Part shown: positions 19,912 to 31,261 of the stretch, piece by piece
Numbering within the stretch: position 1 is the first letter of the stretch
Layout: the number at the start of each line of letters is the position of its first letter
Assembly (NCBI GenBank): GCA_944386415.1
Contig: CALXAY010000005.1
Coordinates: forward strand, 3,439 to 67,438
DNA length: 64,000 nt
Source: an uncultured Clostridia bacterium
GTDB lineage: Bacteria > Bacillota > Clostridia > TANB77 > CAG-508
Reading direction: 5' to 3'
Translations under genes and position numbers: made by a program
Notes under the pieces: model-generated
Seen by the model: the letters and a program-made list of their open reading frames with translations, nothing else
The model's database searches: none
What the model was told of the DNA's origin: nothing

Positions 19912-21225
19912 TTACATTCCTGTTACTGGTAACTTTTTAACCTCCAAACTCTTTACTTCTTTGCTTATTTTTTCATTTGTATTTATTTGCGGTACATCCT
20001 CCTTGTTATTATTCACAGTAACAGTAACTTCTTGGTTTAGTTTAGGCTCAACTTTAATTAAATTTTCATATATTTCATAACCATCATTTGTTTTAACTTC
20101 CTTTAAATAATAATTTTCAGGAAGTATATTTGTTATCTCTATTATTCCTTCTTCATTTGTTTTTAAATCAGTATAAACAACCTCCTTATTTTCATCTAGT
20201 AATTCAAATTCTACTCCTTGTAACTTATCACCACTTTCTTGGTCTTTTTTTACAATTATTATTTTTGTTTCATTTTTAAAATATGAATCACTTATACTTC
20301 CTATTCCATCTTCAAAAACTGCAGTGGTTAGTGCATAATCTTGATAACTACTATTTGGTGCTATACCATATAATACTGGTTTAGTTTTAATTTCTGCTTC
20401 TACTGTTAATTTAATTTTTCCATCTTCTATTAGACTTTTAATAGGAATTAAAACTTTAAATTTTTCACTTGGTATAAATTCTGTTTTTTCTTGATTGTTT
20501 TCATCTGTTAATTTTATCCCTTCTAGATTACTTCCATCTTCTTTTACTACATTTATTTTATAAATAGAAATTTCTGCTCCTGCAGTTACACTATAAGTTT
20601 TTGATATATAATTTTCATCTAGTTCATCTTGCTTCCATTCATCACTTTCTCTATTTATAGATATTGTACTAGATATTTTTGTTTCACTAGAATTTTCAGC
20701 ATCACTTATTATTTTTCTAAATGCATTTAAAGTCCTTTGTCCAGCTTCACCTATTGCACCATAATCACTTGGATTATGTTTATATAAATAACAATAAATT
20801 GCTTGTTTTGTTGCTGTAAATGCTTCTTCTTTATTTTTTACACCTAGTTCATCTATTGTTTTGTATGGATAACCATTTATAATTCTTCTCCATAAACCAA
20901 CATCTTTTATACTTCCGCTTACAGAAACTGTGTATTCTTGTGTTTCTGCTCCTGGTTTTGATGCATCTAAACAATATGCAGGATAATGTACACCATCTTC
21001 TGTATATTCTACATAACTTACTTTTATAGGAGAACCTTTATATGTAAGTAACTTTCCACAATCTCCTACTAAATAAATATGTGCTGAATCTATATTTTTA
21101 GCAAATACAACATTGCTAAAACTTAGAAAACTCATTATCACTGAAGATATTATTATAAATATCTTTCTTAAATTATTTTTGATATTTTCTTTTTTCTTAA
21201 ATTTTATTTTATAATTATTATTCAA
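19912..21225 (-). CDS. thioester-domain (TQXA-type) adhesin with SpaA/CnaB-like domain, ending in LPVTGM without hydrophobic anchor
   Basis: PAYCLDASKPG (thioester Cys context), TATKQAIYCY (Gln), KIIIVKKDQESGDKLQGVEFELLD..NYYLKEVKTNDGYEI. Likely TTG start at 21225 behind AAGGAGGA, which overlaps the sortase stop. Confidence 0.75.
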   Translation of the reverse strand: MNNNYKIKFKKKENIKNNLRKIFIIISSVIMSFLSFSNVVFAKNIDSAHIYLVGDCGKLLTYKGSPIKVSYVEYTEDGVHYPAYCLDASKPGAETQEYTVSVSGSIKDVGLWRRIINGYPYKTIDELGVKNKEEAFTATKQAIYCYLYKHNPSDYGAIGEAGQRTLNAFRKIISDAENSSETKISSTISINRESDEWKQDELDENYISKTYSVTAGAEISIYKINVVKEDGSNLEGIKLTDENNQEKTEFIPSEKFKVLIPIKSLIEDGKIKLTVEAEIKTKPVLYGIAPNSSYQDYALTTAVFEDGIGSISDSYFKNETKIIIVKKDQESGDKLQGVEFELLDENKEVVYTDLKTNEEGIIEITNILPENYYLKEVKTNDGYEIYENLIKVEPKLNQEVTVTVNNNKEDVPQINTNEKISKEVKSLEVKKLPVTGM

Positions 21226-21226
21226 A

Positions 21227-21817
21227 TTATTCCTCCTTATTCTCTGATTTCTCTTCTCCTTGTATACATCTTCTGTATGCTGGCTCATTTTCTACACATG
21301 TAATTAATGTTATTTTATTTTCTTTTGTTTCTTCTAGATAACTCCAATCTGTATCTTTAATTATTACATGTTTTGTAACTAAATACTCTTTTCTCTTTCC
21401 TTGATAATTATAAAATATACTATCACCTTCTTTTAATTCTTTTAGTCTTTCAAAATAGTTATTTTTATAACCTCTATTATGTGCCGCTAATCCAACATTT
21501 CCTTTATCTTTTTTAGTTTCTTCAAAATGTCCTATGTAATCTTCCATTATTTCTTTTGTTGTTCCTTCTCTTATGTCTGCTTTTAAATTTATCTTTGGTA
21601 TTTCTAAATACCATATATTTTTTTCTTCTGTTTTTTCTATTACATTTTCATTAGCCTTTGCTTCTTGGATAGCATTTTTGACTTCAAATCCTGCTTTTAA
21701 TGAACTTTTCTTTGTGAAAATATCATAATTTGAAAAAAATAATTGTATGATGGAAAAAATTATTAGAGTTATAATAAAACTAAGTAAATTAATATATATA
21801 GAACTATATCTAAACAC
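21227..21817 (-). CDS. sortase-family transpeptidase
   Basis: N-terminal TM helix, LAAHNRG (His), TLITC (Cys), downstream Arg (YRRC). Confidence 0.85.
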   Translation of the reverse strand: MFRYSSIYINLLSFIITLIIFSIIQLFFSNYDIFTKKSSLKAGFEVKNAIQEAKANENVIEKTEEKNIWYLEIPKINLKADIREGTTKEIMEDYIGHFEETKKDKGNVGLAAHNRGYKNNYFERLKELKEGDSIFYNYQGKRKEYLVTKHVIIKDTDWSYLEETKENKITLITCVENEPAYRRCIQGEEKSENKEE

Positions 21818-22023
21818 TATATATATTTCCTCCTTATTAAATTGATTTTCTATTAGGATTTTCTAGATTTGAAATAAAATAATTTTAAAAAATAATAAAA
21901 CAAAAATGTTATGAGTTAACTCTTTATGTATATTATCATATTTTATATAATTTGTAAAGAACTTTTCATCGCAAAATTTGACATTAAACGACAAAAGACA
22001 ATTAAGTTCTTTACTTAATCGTC

Positions 22024-23520
22024 TCATATTTTTAATTCTAATTCAAAATAAAACTCTACACCATCTTCTTTATTTACTACTCCATAACTATTTCCATAAT
22101 TACTCATTATCGCTTTTACAAATGCTAAGCCAATTCCTGTTCCTCCTTCTTTTCTATTTCTAGATGCATCTACTTTATAAAATCTATTCCATATTCTATT
22201 TATATGTTCTTCTGCTATTTGTTCTCCTGTGTTAAATACTTTTACCCTTACTTTGTTTTTCTCTACATCAACAATATTCTCTATTTTTATTAATTTTTTA
22301 CCATTTATTTCTTCTACATGTTTTATAGCATTCGTAAAGTAATTTGTAACTACTTGTTCTATGTAAAAATCATCTGCTATAACATTTATTTCGTCTGGTG
22401 TCTCTAATTTAATTTCTACTTGCTTTTCATCTAACATCATTTGGGATTTTCTTATTACTTCTTTTTCTACTTCTACTATATTAAATGTAGTATCATTAAA
22501 CTCTCTTTTACCATACTCAAGTTTCATAAGTTCTAGCAATTGCTTTACTAGCTTATCCATTTTATTAGTTTCATCTAATATAACTTCTGCATAAAATTTT
22601 CTACTTTCATCATCTGTGTTTATATTTTCAAGCAATCCTTCACTATATCCTTGTATTAATGCTATTGGCGTTTTTAATTCATGTGATACATCTGAAATAA
22701 AACTCTTCCTCATTTCATCCAATTTTGATTTCTCTTCTATGTCTTTTTCTAGCTCAATATTTGTTTCTCTTAATTGCTTAATTGTTTTTTCTAACTTATC
22801 TGACATTAAATTAATACTCTTACCTAATGTGTTTATCTCATCATCAGTATCTGTTGTCCTATACTTATGACTAAAATCTAAGTTTGACATCTTTTTTGCA
22901 ATAGCATTTAACTCTAAAATTGGATCAGTAAATTTTCTTGATACATATGATACAATAACAGCTGATATTAGTATTGCAAATCCTGCCATTAAATATAAGA
23001 AATTATTTGATATTTTAACACTTTCTTGGATTGAATTTATTGGTATTCTTATATATAATAAATATCCATTATCAAGTGTTGCTGCAAGCAATACATATGT
23101 AAGTCCATTTTTTGTATCTTTTATTCTACTGATAATAAAGTTGTCTGTTTGTTCAATTATTTCTCCATCTCCTGTATTGAATCTACTTGTCATTTCATTC
23201 ATCTGACCATATGCAGAAAAAAAATCTTTATTAGATGTATATACATTTACATTTTGATCATCTTTAATAAGAATATCAAAATTATTTTTAATTGCCATTT
23301 TCTCTAGCTCATTTGACAAATCCCCTTGTTCATTATTATAATAGTCATTCACTGTAATATAAACTGATTTTAATGCATTTCTCTTACTATATAAGTAAAA
23401 TTGTCCAAAAACAAAATTATTAACTAATATTAAAAATATAATAATCCCTATTATAATAAGCGACAAAACTAAAAACAATCTTACCCTTACTGATTTAAAA
23501 GGATTTAATTTTTTGCTCAT
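22024..23520 (-). CDS. sensor histidine kinase (two TM, HAMP, HisKA, HATPase_c)
   Basis: H-box SHELKTPIALIQGYSEGL. N/G boxes NAIKH and GTGIGLAFVKAIM. Confidence 0.9.
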   Translation of the reverse strand: MSKKLNPFKSVRVRLFLVLSLIIIGIIIFLILVNNFVFGQFYLYSKRNALKSVYITVNDYYNNEQGDLSNELEKMAIKNNFDILIKDDQNVNVYTSNKDFFSAYGQMNEMTSRFNTGDGEIIEQTDNFIISRIKDTKNGLTYVLLAATLDNGYLLYIRIPINSIQESVKISNNFLYLMAGFAILISAVIVSYVSRKFTDPILELNAIAKKMSNLDFSHKYRTTDTDDEINTLGKSINLMSDKLEKTIKQLRETNIELEKDIEEKSKLDEMRKSFISDVSHELKTPIALIQGYSEGLLENINTDDESRKFYAEVILDETNKMDKLVKQLLELMKLEYGKREFNDTTFNIVEVEKEVIRKSQMMLDEKQVEIKLETPDEINVIADDFYIEQVVTNYFTNAIKHVEEINGKKLIKIENIVDVEKNKVRVKVFNTGEQIAEEHINRIWNRFYKVDASRNRKEGGTGIGLAFVKAIMSNYGNSYGVVNKEDGVEFYFELELKI

Positions 23521-23537
23521 CTTTTCTCCTTCTTCTA

Positions 23538-24215
23538 CTATTTAGTTTCAAACTTATATCCTACTCCTCTTATAGTTTTTATATATTTTCCTTTTTTACC
23601 TAATTTATGTCTTATCTTCTTTATATGGCTATCTATTGTTCTTGAATCTCCATAATAATCATAATTCCATACATTATTTAATATTTTATCTCTTGATAAA
23701 GCTATATTTTCATTATCTACTAAATAAACTAACAATTCATATTCTCTTAAACTTAACTCTATTGTTTTTCCGTCTACTTTAACAGTTCTTCCTTCTTTGT
23801 CTATTTCTATTCCACCATAATCTTTTACTTCTTTTATATCTTTGTTAGTCCTTTTTAATAATGCTTCTACTCTTGCTACTAATATCTTAGGACTAAATGG
23901 TTTAGAAATATACTCGTCAACTCCCAATTCAAATCCAAATAATTCATCTTGTTCTTCACCTCTAGCTGTAAGCATTATTATAGGCACTTTTGATTCTTGT
24001 CTTATTTGTCTTAATACAGACCATCCATCTAGTTTTGGCATCATAACATCTAATAAAATAAGACTTATTTTATTTTTATTTTCTTCAAAAACCTCTAAAG
24101 CTTTTTCTCCATCTTCAGCTTCTAATATACTAAAATCTTTAGCTGCTAAAAAGTCTTTTATCAATTTTCTCATTCTTTGCTCATCATCTACAACTAAAAT
24201 ATAATCATTTACCAT
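23538..24215 (-). CDS. OmpR-family response regulator
   Basis: LLDVMMPKLDGW receiver. Winged-helix RTIDSHIKKIRHKLG..IKTIRGVGYKF. Confidence 0.9.
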   Translation of the reverse strand: MVNDYILVVDDEQRMRKLIKDFLAAKDFSILEAEDGEKALEVFEENKNKISLILLDVMMPKLDGWSVLRQIRQESKVPIIMLTARGEEQDELFGFELGVDEYISKPFSPKILVARVEALLKRTNKDIKEVKDYGGIEIDKEGRTVKVDGKTIELSLREYELLVYLVDNENIALSRDKILNNVWNYDYYGDSRTIDSHIKKIRHKLGKKGKYIKTIRGVGYKFETK

Positions 24216-24351
24216 TTCTTTACTCCTTATCTTTTTTCACATATATTATATATTATAACTAGTTTTTATGTCTATAATGTGAATTAATTATAGAAAAAAT
24301 GAGATTTCAGATAAAATTCCAAAATCTCATAGTAAATTATTATCAAAATCT

Positions 24352-25419
24352 TTATTGTTTCTCTATATATACTGAAGTTGATGGATAAGATAACTCTACT
24401 CCCAAATTATGTAATATGTTTATTATATTTTTATTTATCTTATCTTTAAGCATTATATAATCATTATATCCTGTTGGTACTACAAACATATACACCAATA
24501 AAGACAATCCATTATCTGTTATATTCTCAAAAGATATTATTATATCATCATCAATTACTTGAGGTTCTTTTATTAACATTTCCTTTATTCTATTAGATAT
24601 CATTTCCATTTGTTCTGCAGTGGTATCTAATGGAAATGATAAACTAAATTTATATCTTCTTTTTTCCATTTTACTCCAGTTTATTATAGCTGAATCTGCT
24701 ATTGTTGAGTTTGGAATATTTACCACTGAATTTTCAAAATTTCTTATTCTAGTTGTTCTAAAAGTCATATCCTCAACTGTTCCTTCATAATTAGGCGTTT
24801 GTATCCAGTCTCCAACATTAAATGGCTTATCTATAAATAACACAATCCCTCCAAAGATGTTTTTAGCCGTATCTTGAGCTGCAAGAGTTACAATAATACC
24901 TCCAATTCCAATTCCTGCAACTAATCCATTTAAATTTATTTGTAATATTGCAAATATTATAAATAAAGCAATTAAATATATTATTACTCTTGTTACTTTT
25001 AATGCAAATTCTAGCATAGAATCTTCAACATCATTTTTCCAGCTTTTTCTTATTCTTTTAATTAATGAAGATTTTGTTGTAAAACTTGATGCTAAAGCCT
25101 TTGCAAAAGCTAATACACTTATTATCTGGAATCCTTTTGTAACTATTTCCATTACATTGTCTGGTAAATTAAGAGGTTTCTTTAAGAATACTACTGCAAT
25201 ATAAATACCTAGTATTGTGAAAAATATTTTTAAAGGAGTATAGAATGCACTCTCCTTTATAGACTTCTTACTTTTTGAATTAAATTTAAATATTTTTATA
25301 ATCATATATGATATACTTGGGCTTAATACTTTAAAAAGTATTATCAAGCATATCGCTACTATTATATCTATAATATCTACTGCTTTTAAACTTTCTATAA
25401 AATTTACTACTTGCTCCAT
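24352..25419 (-). CDS. MscS-family mechanosensitive channel
   Basis: GDWIQTPNYEGTVEDMTFRTTRIRNFENSVVNIPNSTI plus N-terminal TM helices. Confidence 0.85.
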   Translation of the reverse strand: MEQVVNFIESLKAVDIIDIIVAICLIILFKVLSPSISYMIIKIFKFNSKSKKSIKESAFYTPLKIFFTILGIYIAVVFLKKPLNLPDNVMEIVTKGFQIISVLAFAKALASSFTTKSSLIKRIRKSWKNDVEDSMLEFALKVTRVIIYLIALFIIFAILQINLNGLVAGIGIGGIIVTLAAQDTAKNIFGGIVLFIDKPFNVGDWIQTPNYEGTVEDMTFRTTRIRNFENSVVNIPNSTIADSAIINWSKMEKRRYKFSLSFPLDTTAEQMEMISNRIKEMLIKEPQVIDDDIIISFENITDNGLSLLVYMFVVPTGYNDYIMLKDKINKNIINILHNLGVELSYPSTSVYIEKQ

Positions 25420-25444
25420 TTTTTCCTCCGTATAATAAAATTGC

Positions 25445-26773
25445 TTAGTTCATATAGTCTCTTAACTTTTTACTTCTACTTGGGTGTCTTAATTTTCTTA
25501 ATGCTTTTGCTTCTATTTGTCTTATTCTTTCACGTGTTACGTCAAATTCACGTCCTACTTCTTCTAGTGTTCTTGCTTTTCCATCTTCCAATCCAAATCT
25601 TAATTTCAATACTTTTGCTTCTCTTGGTGTTAATGTATTCATTACTTCTTCTAATTGTTCTTTAAGCATTGTATATGCTGCTGAATCTTGAGGTGCTGGG
25701 CTATCTTCATCTTGAATGAAATCTCCTAAATGGCTATCATCTTCTTCACCAATTGGTGTTTCTAATGATACTGGGTCTTGTGCTATTTTTTGAATTTCCA
25801 TTACTTTCTCTACTGGTATTTCCATTTCTCCAGCTATTTCTTCTGGCGTTGGTTCTCTTCCTAATTGTTGTAATAAGTGTCTTGAAGTTCTTATTAGTTT
25901 ATTTATAGTCTCTACCATATGCACAGGTATCCTTATTGTTCTTGCCTGGTCTGCAATAGCCCTTGTGATTGCCTGTCTAATCCACCAAGTAGCATAAGTA
26001 CTAAATTTAAATCCTTTTGTATAATCAAATTTTTCTACTGCTTTTATTAATCCCATATTTCCTTCTTGTATCAAATCTAAAAATAGCATTCCTCTTCCTA
26101 CATATTTCTTAGCAATACTTACAACTAATCTTAAGTTTGATTCTGCTAATTTTTGCTTTGCTTCTTCATCACCATCTAGTATTCTTTTTGCTAAATCTAA
26201 TTCTTGGTCAAATGTTAAAAGAGGTATTCTTCCTATTTCTCTTAGATACATTCTAACAGGATCATCTACATTTATTCCTTCATAACTTGTATCTGTTATT
26301 TCATCAAGTTTTAAGTCTTCTACTTCTTTTAAGTCATCTATATCTGGTTCTTCATCTAAATCATCGTTTAAACTTACTCCCATTTCTTCAAAAGCATCAA
26401 AAACTTTGTCTATTTGATCTGGATTTGCATCATCTAATTCCTTTGCTAAATCTCCATATGTTATCTTACCTTGTTCTTTGGCCTTCTTTAATATTTTATT
26501 TACTTTTTCGTTTTTTATTTGTTCTTCATCTTTTTCTTCTCTTTTTTCTTCTTTAGATTCTAATTTTTCTTCTATCTTTTTTTCATTTTCTTCTTTCACA
26601 TTTTTTTCAGATTTTGTATTTTCTTTTTTTGATTCTTTATCTACTTTTTCATTTTTAGCCTTTTCTCCTTTTTTTGTTGTTTTTTTATTATTTTCTTTTA
26701 CTTCTGTTTTCTTCTTAAATTCTTTTTTGTTCTCTTCTATTTTTTCTTCAATTTCATTTTTCTTTTTAGCCAT
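25445..26773 (-). CDS. rpoD: primary sigma factor RpoD/SigA
   Basis: K/E-rich N-terminus, [14 protein letters not shown] (region 2.4), [29 protein letters not shown] (region 4.2). Confidence 0.95.
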   Translation of the reverse strand: MAKKKNEIEEKIEENKKEFKKKTEVKENNKKTTKKGEKAKNEKVDKESKKENTKSEKNVKEENEKKIEEKLESKEEKREEKDEEQIKNEKVNKILKKAKEQGKITYGDLAKELDDANPDQIDKVFDAFEEMGVSLNDDLDEEPDIDDLKEVEDLKLDEITDTSYEGINVDDPVRMYLREIGRIPLLTFDQELDLAKRILDGDEEAKQKLAESNLRLVVSIAKKYVGRGMLFLDLIQEGNMGLIKAVEKFDYTKGFKFSTYATWWIRQAITRAIADQARTIRIPVHMVETINKLIRTSRHLLQQLGREPTPEEIAGEMEIPVEKVMEIQKIAQDPVSLETPIGEEDDSHLGDFIQDEDSPAPQDSAAYTMLKEQLEEVMNTLTPREAKVLKLRFGLEDGKARTLEEVGREFDVTRERIRQIEAKALRKLRHPSRSKKLRDYMN

Positions 26774-26786
26774 TTTCTTCTCACCC

Positions 26787-28583
26787 CTATTTCATTTTAG
26801 CTAATCTATTAATAATATCGCTTAGCTCTTTTCCTAATTTATTTTTTTGCTCTTGTGTTAAATTTAATTCTTTGTTTTCTAGTGTTTCTAAAATACTAAT
26901 TTTTTTATTATTTAATTTATCTTTTTCATAACTTCTTAATACATCATCTATAGCTTTTTCAACATCCTCTATTTCATAGTCATCTGCTAAGATTTCAGTT
27001 ACATGATTTTGTTCTTCTTCTCCTAGCTCGTCCAAAATCCCATTAATATTACTATTTCCTTTTTCTAGTTCTTCATACAATTTTTCAGCAATTTTTTTGT
27101 TTATCTCGTCTTTAAAATCTTCCTTACTTATATTTTGCTTTATTATTTTATAAACATTTAAATCTCCATTTAGTAATATTGCAAGTACAGTGTTTTCCCT
27201 TCTCTTTACTGTTTCTGATACTTCATTTTTTTGAATATTTATATGCCTAACTACTGGTTTTGCCTTATCTAAAACTTTTTCGCCTTGTTTGTTTTCATAA
27301 GTTAATTTATTTACTTCAGCATAAATTGCTTCTTTGGATATTTCATATTCTTTTGATATTTTTTCGATATATACTTCCTTTTCAATGTTATTATCAACTT
27401 TTGAAATTAATTTTGCAATTTCGTTTAAAAATTTTATTTTATCATTAGTACTATTTAAGTCAAGGTCTTTTTTTAATAGTTTTACTTTAAACTCAATTAT
27501 TGAAAGAGCTTTATCTACCAAACTTTGAAATCTTGCATTACCATATTTAATAATGTACTCATCTGGATCTTTTGCTCCTTCCATTTGAAGTATTCTAATA
27601 TCGCATCCCATATTTTGCAATATATCCACTGCTCTAATTTTAGCTTTTAGTCCTGCTTCATCTGAATCGAAACTAAGTATAATTTGTTCTGATGTTTTTC
27701 TTAAAAGCCATCCTTGTTGCTGTGTTAAAGCTGTTCCTAAAGGTGCTACAACATTTGTTATTCCTCTTTGATGAAGTGAGATTACATCCATATAACCTTC
27801 TACTATTAATAGCCTTCTTTTTGTATCTTGTCCTTTTTTAGCAACATTTAATCCAAATAAGTTTCTTCCTTTATTAAAAACTATATTCTCTGGTGAATTT
27901 ATATATTTCGGTTTTGAATCATCTAAAACTCTTCCTCCAAAAGCTATTACTCTCCCTCTAGCATCACATATTGGAAACATCAATCTATTTCTATATCTGT
28001 CTATATATCTCCCATTATCGTTTTTGTTTACTAAACCTGATTCTAATATTTCTAAATCTTGAAATCCTTCTTTTCTTAATGCTTGATATAATTCATCAAA
28101 TTTTCCAGAAAATCCTATTCTAAATGATTTTAATGTTTCATTACTTAACTTTCTTTTTTTTACATAATCTTGTGCTATCTTAGCAGTGGGCTTATATAAA
28201 TTTTCATGATAATACTCCGCTGTAAATTCATTTACCTTATATACTTTTGCTCTTAATTCTTCTTTTTGCCTATCTGCTTGATTTTCAAATGTGGGTAATT
28301 GTATGTTCGTTCTTTCAGCTAACGTTTGTACTGCCTCTACAAAATTAATCCCTTCTATTTTGCTTAAAAAAGTAAAAACATTGCCTCCTACTCCACATCC
28401 GAAGCAATGAAATATTTGTTTATCCGGTGAGACAGAAAAAGAAGGTGATTTTTCATTATGGAATGGACATAATCCAAAGAAATTTCTTCCGCTTCTTTTT
28501 AAATGCACATACTGTGAAATTACATCTACAATGTCATTAGCTTGTCGAACTTCTTCTATTGTTTCATCGCTATATCTTGGCAT
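26787..28583 (-). CDS. dnaG: DNA primase DnaG
   Basis: Zinc finger [39 protein letters not shown] and DSDEAG. Confidence 0.95.
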   Translation of the reverse strand: MPRYSDETIEEVRQANDIVDVISQYVHLKRSGRNFFGLCPFHNEKSPSFSVSPDKQIFHCFGCGVGGNVFTFLSKIEGINFVEAVQTLAERTNIQLPTFENQADRQKEELRAKVYKVNEFTAEYYHENLYKPTAKIAQDYVKKRKLSNETLKSFRIGFSGKFDELYQALRKEGFQDLEILESGLVNKNDNGRYIDRYRNRLMFPICDARGRVIAFGGRVLDDSKPKYINSPENIVFNKGRNLFGLNVAKKGQDTKRRLLIVEGYMDVISLHQRGITNVVAPLGTALTQQQGWLLRKTSEQIILSFDSDEAGLKAKIRAVDILQNMGCDIRILQMEGAKDPDEYIIKYGNARFQSLVDKALSIIEFKVKLLKKDLDLNSTNDKIKFLNEIAKLISKVDNNIEKEVYIEKISKEYEISKEAIYAEVNKLTYENKQGEKVLDKAKPVVRHINIQKNEVSETVKRRENTVLAILLNGDLNVYKIIKQNISKEDFKDEINKKIAEKLYEELEKGNSNINGILDELGEEEQNHVTEILADDYEIEDVEKAIDDVLRSYEKDKLNNKKISILETLENKELNLTQEQKNKLGKELSDIINRLAKMK

Positions 28584-28748
28584 TTCTCCCTCACTTTCTC
28601 ACAAATTCTTTCTTTTTTTATACACACTTATATTATTCGACGCATTTTACATAAATCCTTCCTTTATTACAAAAAAATGTTATTTTTTGTAATATTATTC
28701 ACATTTTGTGCACAATAATTGTATGCATTTTAGAATAAAATATAACAA

Positions 28749-28776
28749 AAAAACTAATCTTTAAAGACTAGTTTTT
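28749..28776 (-). terminator. intrinsic terminator after GLUG paralog 2
   Basis: 12-bp stem (1 mismatch) followed by a U-run on the minus strand, 9 nt after the stop. Confidence 0.55.
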
Positions 28777-28784
28777 CTAAAATA

Positions 28785-30138
28785 TTATTGCCAACTTAAA
28801 ATAGGATATCCATCATTTACATTATCTATATCTTGCTTAAAAGCATCTCCAAGAGAAGTATAAATATCTTTTAATACATTATCACTTACTGATTTAACAC
28901 CTTCATATATATTTTCATAACCACTTATTGTATTTTCTAAATAATAAGAATTTCTTATTGTTCCACTTTCTTTAAATCCTACTATTCCTCCTCCTGCTTG
29001 TCCAGTTATACTTCCTTTAGAATAAGTATTTTCTATTAAACAATTTCCGTTTTCCTATTCCTACAATACCTCCTATATTAGTTCCTGCTCCTGTAATATC
29101 ACCTATATTATAGCAATTAGTAATTGTTCCCCCCCTATTTGCTCCTGAAATTCCTCCTATATTAGTTGTATCTGAAATTATGCTTCCTAAATTATAACAA
29201 TTATTTATTTGTATAGTATTATCATTTAAAATTCCAATAATTCCACCAACCGTAGAATTTGCCTGTATAGTACCTAGATTACCACAATTTCTAATTATAC
29301 AATCACTACCTGCTGTTCCAACAATTCCACCAATATTAGCAGAATTTGATATTATATTTGCTTTATTAAAACACCCTTCTACAATAGAACTAGCATTTGC
29401 ATATCCTGCAACACTTCCATAGCTCACACCAACATTTATATTACAATTTTCTCCTATAATTACATTTTTTATATTAGCATTTTTTATTAATCCAAATAAA
29501 CCTTTTCCTTTTTCTTTGGAACTTATTTTTATTCCATCTATTGTATACCCCATACCATTAAAAGTCCCCTCGAACGGAATGTTAGTTTCATCATTTATTG
29601 ATGTATTTGAATTTAAATATGTTCCTATTGGTTGCCATTCTTCATTTATATCTAATGTTATATTTGCTGTTAATACTATGTATTTTCCTTCATAAGTATT
29701 ACCTTTATTTACTTCATCTCTGAATTTTTTTAAATCTTCTGCATTATTAATATATAAATCCACTTGAATTTTATCTACTTCATTATCTTTTATTTCATAT
29801 AGTTCATTATCTAAACTAACAATATATGTTCCATCTGCATTTTGTGCTACTTCTGGATTTGTTTCTTTAAACTGATTGTCAATTGCCTCTTGTAAATTAT
29901 CTTTACTTAATTTTTGATAACCATTTTCTCCAATTTGTGCTTCTGATACCGCCAATTTAATTTTTTCTATATTTTCAGCATCTTTTGTTTCATTTTTAGC
30001 ATTTTGTGCTTGTGTAAGAATTCCATTATTGCCTGTTAACATCGCAATTGAAACACTAGCTAAAATTAATAAAACTATAATAGTTATCACTAAAGCTATA
30101 AGTGTTATTCCTTTTTCTTTCTTTTGTATTTTTTTCAT
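28785..30138 (-). CDS. GLUG-motif repeat protein with type IV pilin-like N-terminus (paralog 2); frameshifted as assembled
   Basis: MKKIQKKEKGITLIALVITIIVLLILASVSIAMLTGNNGIL. The track ORF stops at 29017. The next frame continues GNCLIENTYSKGSITGQAGGGIVG...DGYPILSWQ* to 28785. It rejoins if one A of the A4 run (plus-strand T 29050..29053) is removed. Confidence 0.8.
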
Positions 30139-30244
30139 TTCATCTTCCTCCTAAAAATCTAATTCTTTTTTATCTTACACGTATAACGCGTAAAAGTCAA
30201 TACGCGTATAAAGAATATTCTATAATTTTTTAGAGGTGAATTTT

Positions 30245-30445
30245 ATGAATTTACGAATACGTGATTTAAGAGAAGATAATGATTTAACACAAACAGAAAT
30301 TGCTAAGTTACTTGGTTGCACACAACAAACTTATTCAAGATATGAAACTGGAGAAATTACAATTGATATTAATAGTCTAATAAAACTTGCACAATTTTAT
30401 AAGACTTCTATTGATTATTTAGTAGGATTATCAGACCAAAAATAA
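30245..30445 (+). CDS. XRE-family HTH transcriptional regulator
   Basis: LTQTEIAKLLGCTQQTYSRYETGEITIDINSLIKLAQFY. ATG at 30245 behind GAGGTG. Divergent from GLUG paralog 2. Confidence 0.8.
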   Translation: MNLRIRDLREDNDLTQTEIAKLLGCTQQTYSRYETGEITIDINSLIKLAQFYKTSIDYLVGLSDQK

Positions 30446-30480
30446 ACACATGAATTATTTTTTCATGTGTCCATTTTTAT

Positions 30481-31140
30481 TTATTCATTTAATAACATCA
30501 TTTTTTCATCTAACTTGTTAATTGCTTTTGCACAGTTTACCCACTCTTTAGACTTTTTCTTACTTGGTTCTTCTTTAGTTTTATACTTCATTTTATGTTC
30601 TAAACTAGACCAGAAATCCATCGCCATTGTCCTTATTTGTACCTCTACTTTAACATAAATTAGTTGCTTAGATAACATTACCGGTACTCCTAAGATTATA
30701 TGATATGCTGAATATCCACTCTCCTTTGGATGAGTAATATAATCCTTTTCTTTTAAAGTTTCAATTCCTGGTATACTTTGGATTAAGTTCTTTATTGAGT
30801 AAATATCTTTTTGTAGTGGACATACTACACGTATACCTGCAATGTCATTTATGTTCTCAATCATCTCTTTGTATGTTAATTTACATTCCTTTTTCTTCAT
30901 TTTTTGTATAATACTTTTTGGTGATTTAATTCTTGTATTTATATGGTCAACTAAATCGTAATCATAAAATGTTTTAAATTCTTCTTTAAAAATTTCTATT
31001 TTAGTATTTAATTCTCTAATTGCCATTTTGTAAATAAACATAAGCTTTTGGAATGTTACATCCTTTTCTTTTACTTTTCCATTGTAGTCTAAGAAATTCT
31101 TCAGGTCAATTAAATCTGTACTTTCCTCTTCAATTTTCAT
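30481..31140 (-). CDS. small alarmone synthetase (RelQ/RelP-type GTP pyrophosphokinase)
   Basis: GIRVVCPLQKDIY, SGYSAYHII, VEVQIRTMAMDFWSSLEHK. Confidence 0.85.
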   Translation of the reverse strand: MKIEEESTDLIDLKNFLDYNGKVKEKDVTFQKLMFIYKMAIRELNTKIEIFKEEFKTFYDYDLVDHINTRIKSPKSIIQKMKKKECKLTYKEMIENINDIAGIRVVCPLQKDIYSIKNLIQSIPGIETLKEKDYITHPKESGYSAYHIILGVPVMLSKQLIYVKVEVQIRTMAMDFWSSLEHKMKYKTKEEPSKKKSKEWVNCAKAINKLDEKMMLLNE

Positions 31141-31261
31141 ACACATTCAACTCCTTTTTTATGGTTTTTATGTATGTTTCTTATTTAGTATATGCTTATT
31201 CTAACCATATATTGTTTCTAAAAGGTATTTTGAATGTGTTTTTTTAGTGAATTAATTTTTA

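Noticed and set aside
26500-26773. K/E-rich repetitive stretch at the 5' end of rpoD as a repeat element
   Set aside because: It is in-frame low-complexity coding sequence of the sigma factor N-terminal region, not a nucleotide-level tandem repeat.
26287-26804. Plus-strand ORFs 26287..26556 and 26478..26804. The same applies to many other track ORFs, such as 4048..4347, 11126..11332, 12268..12908, 14410..14881, 17133..17423, 18256..18648, 25411..25665, 32792..33046, 35036..35893, 40141..40479, 42681..43085 and 59542..59838.
   Set aside because: All are antisense to strongly supported minus-strand genes. Their products are low-complexity L/F/S/I-rich strings with no RBS or motif. They are artefacts of AT-rich DNA having few stops on the opposite strand.
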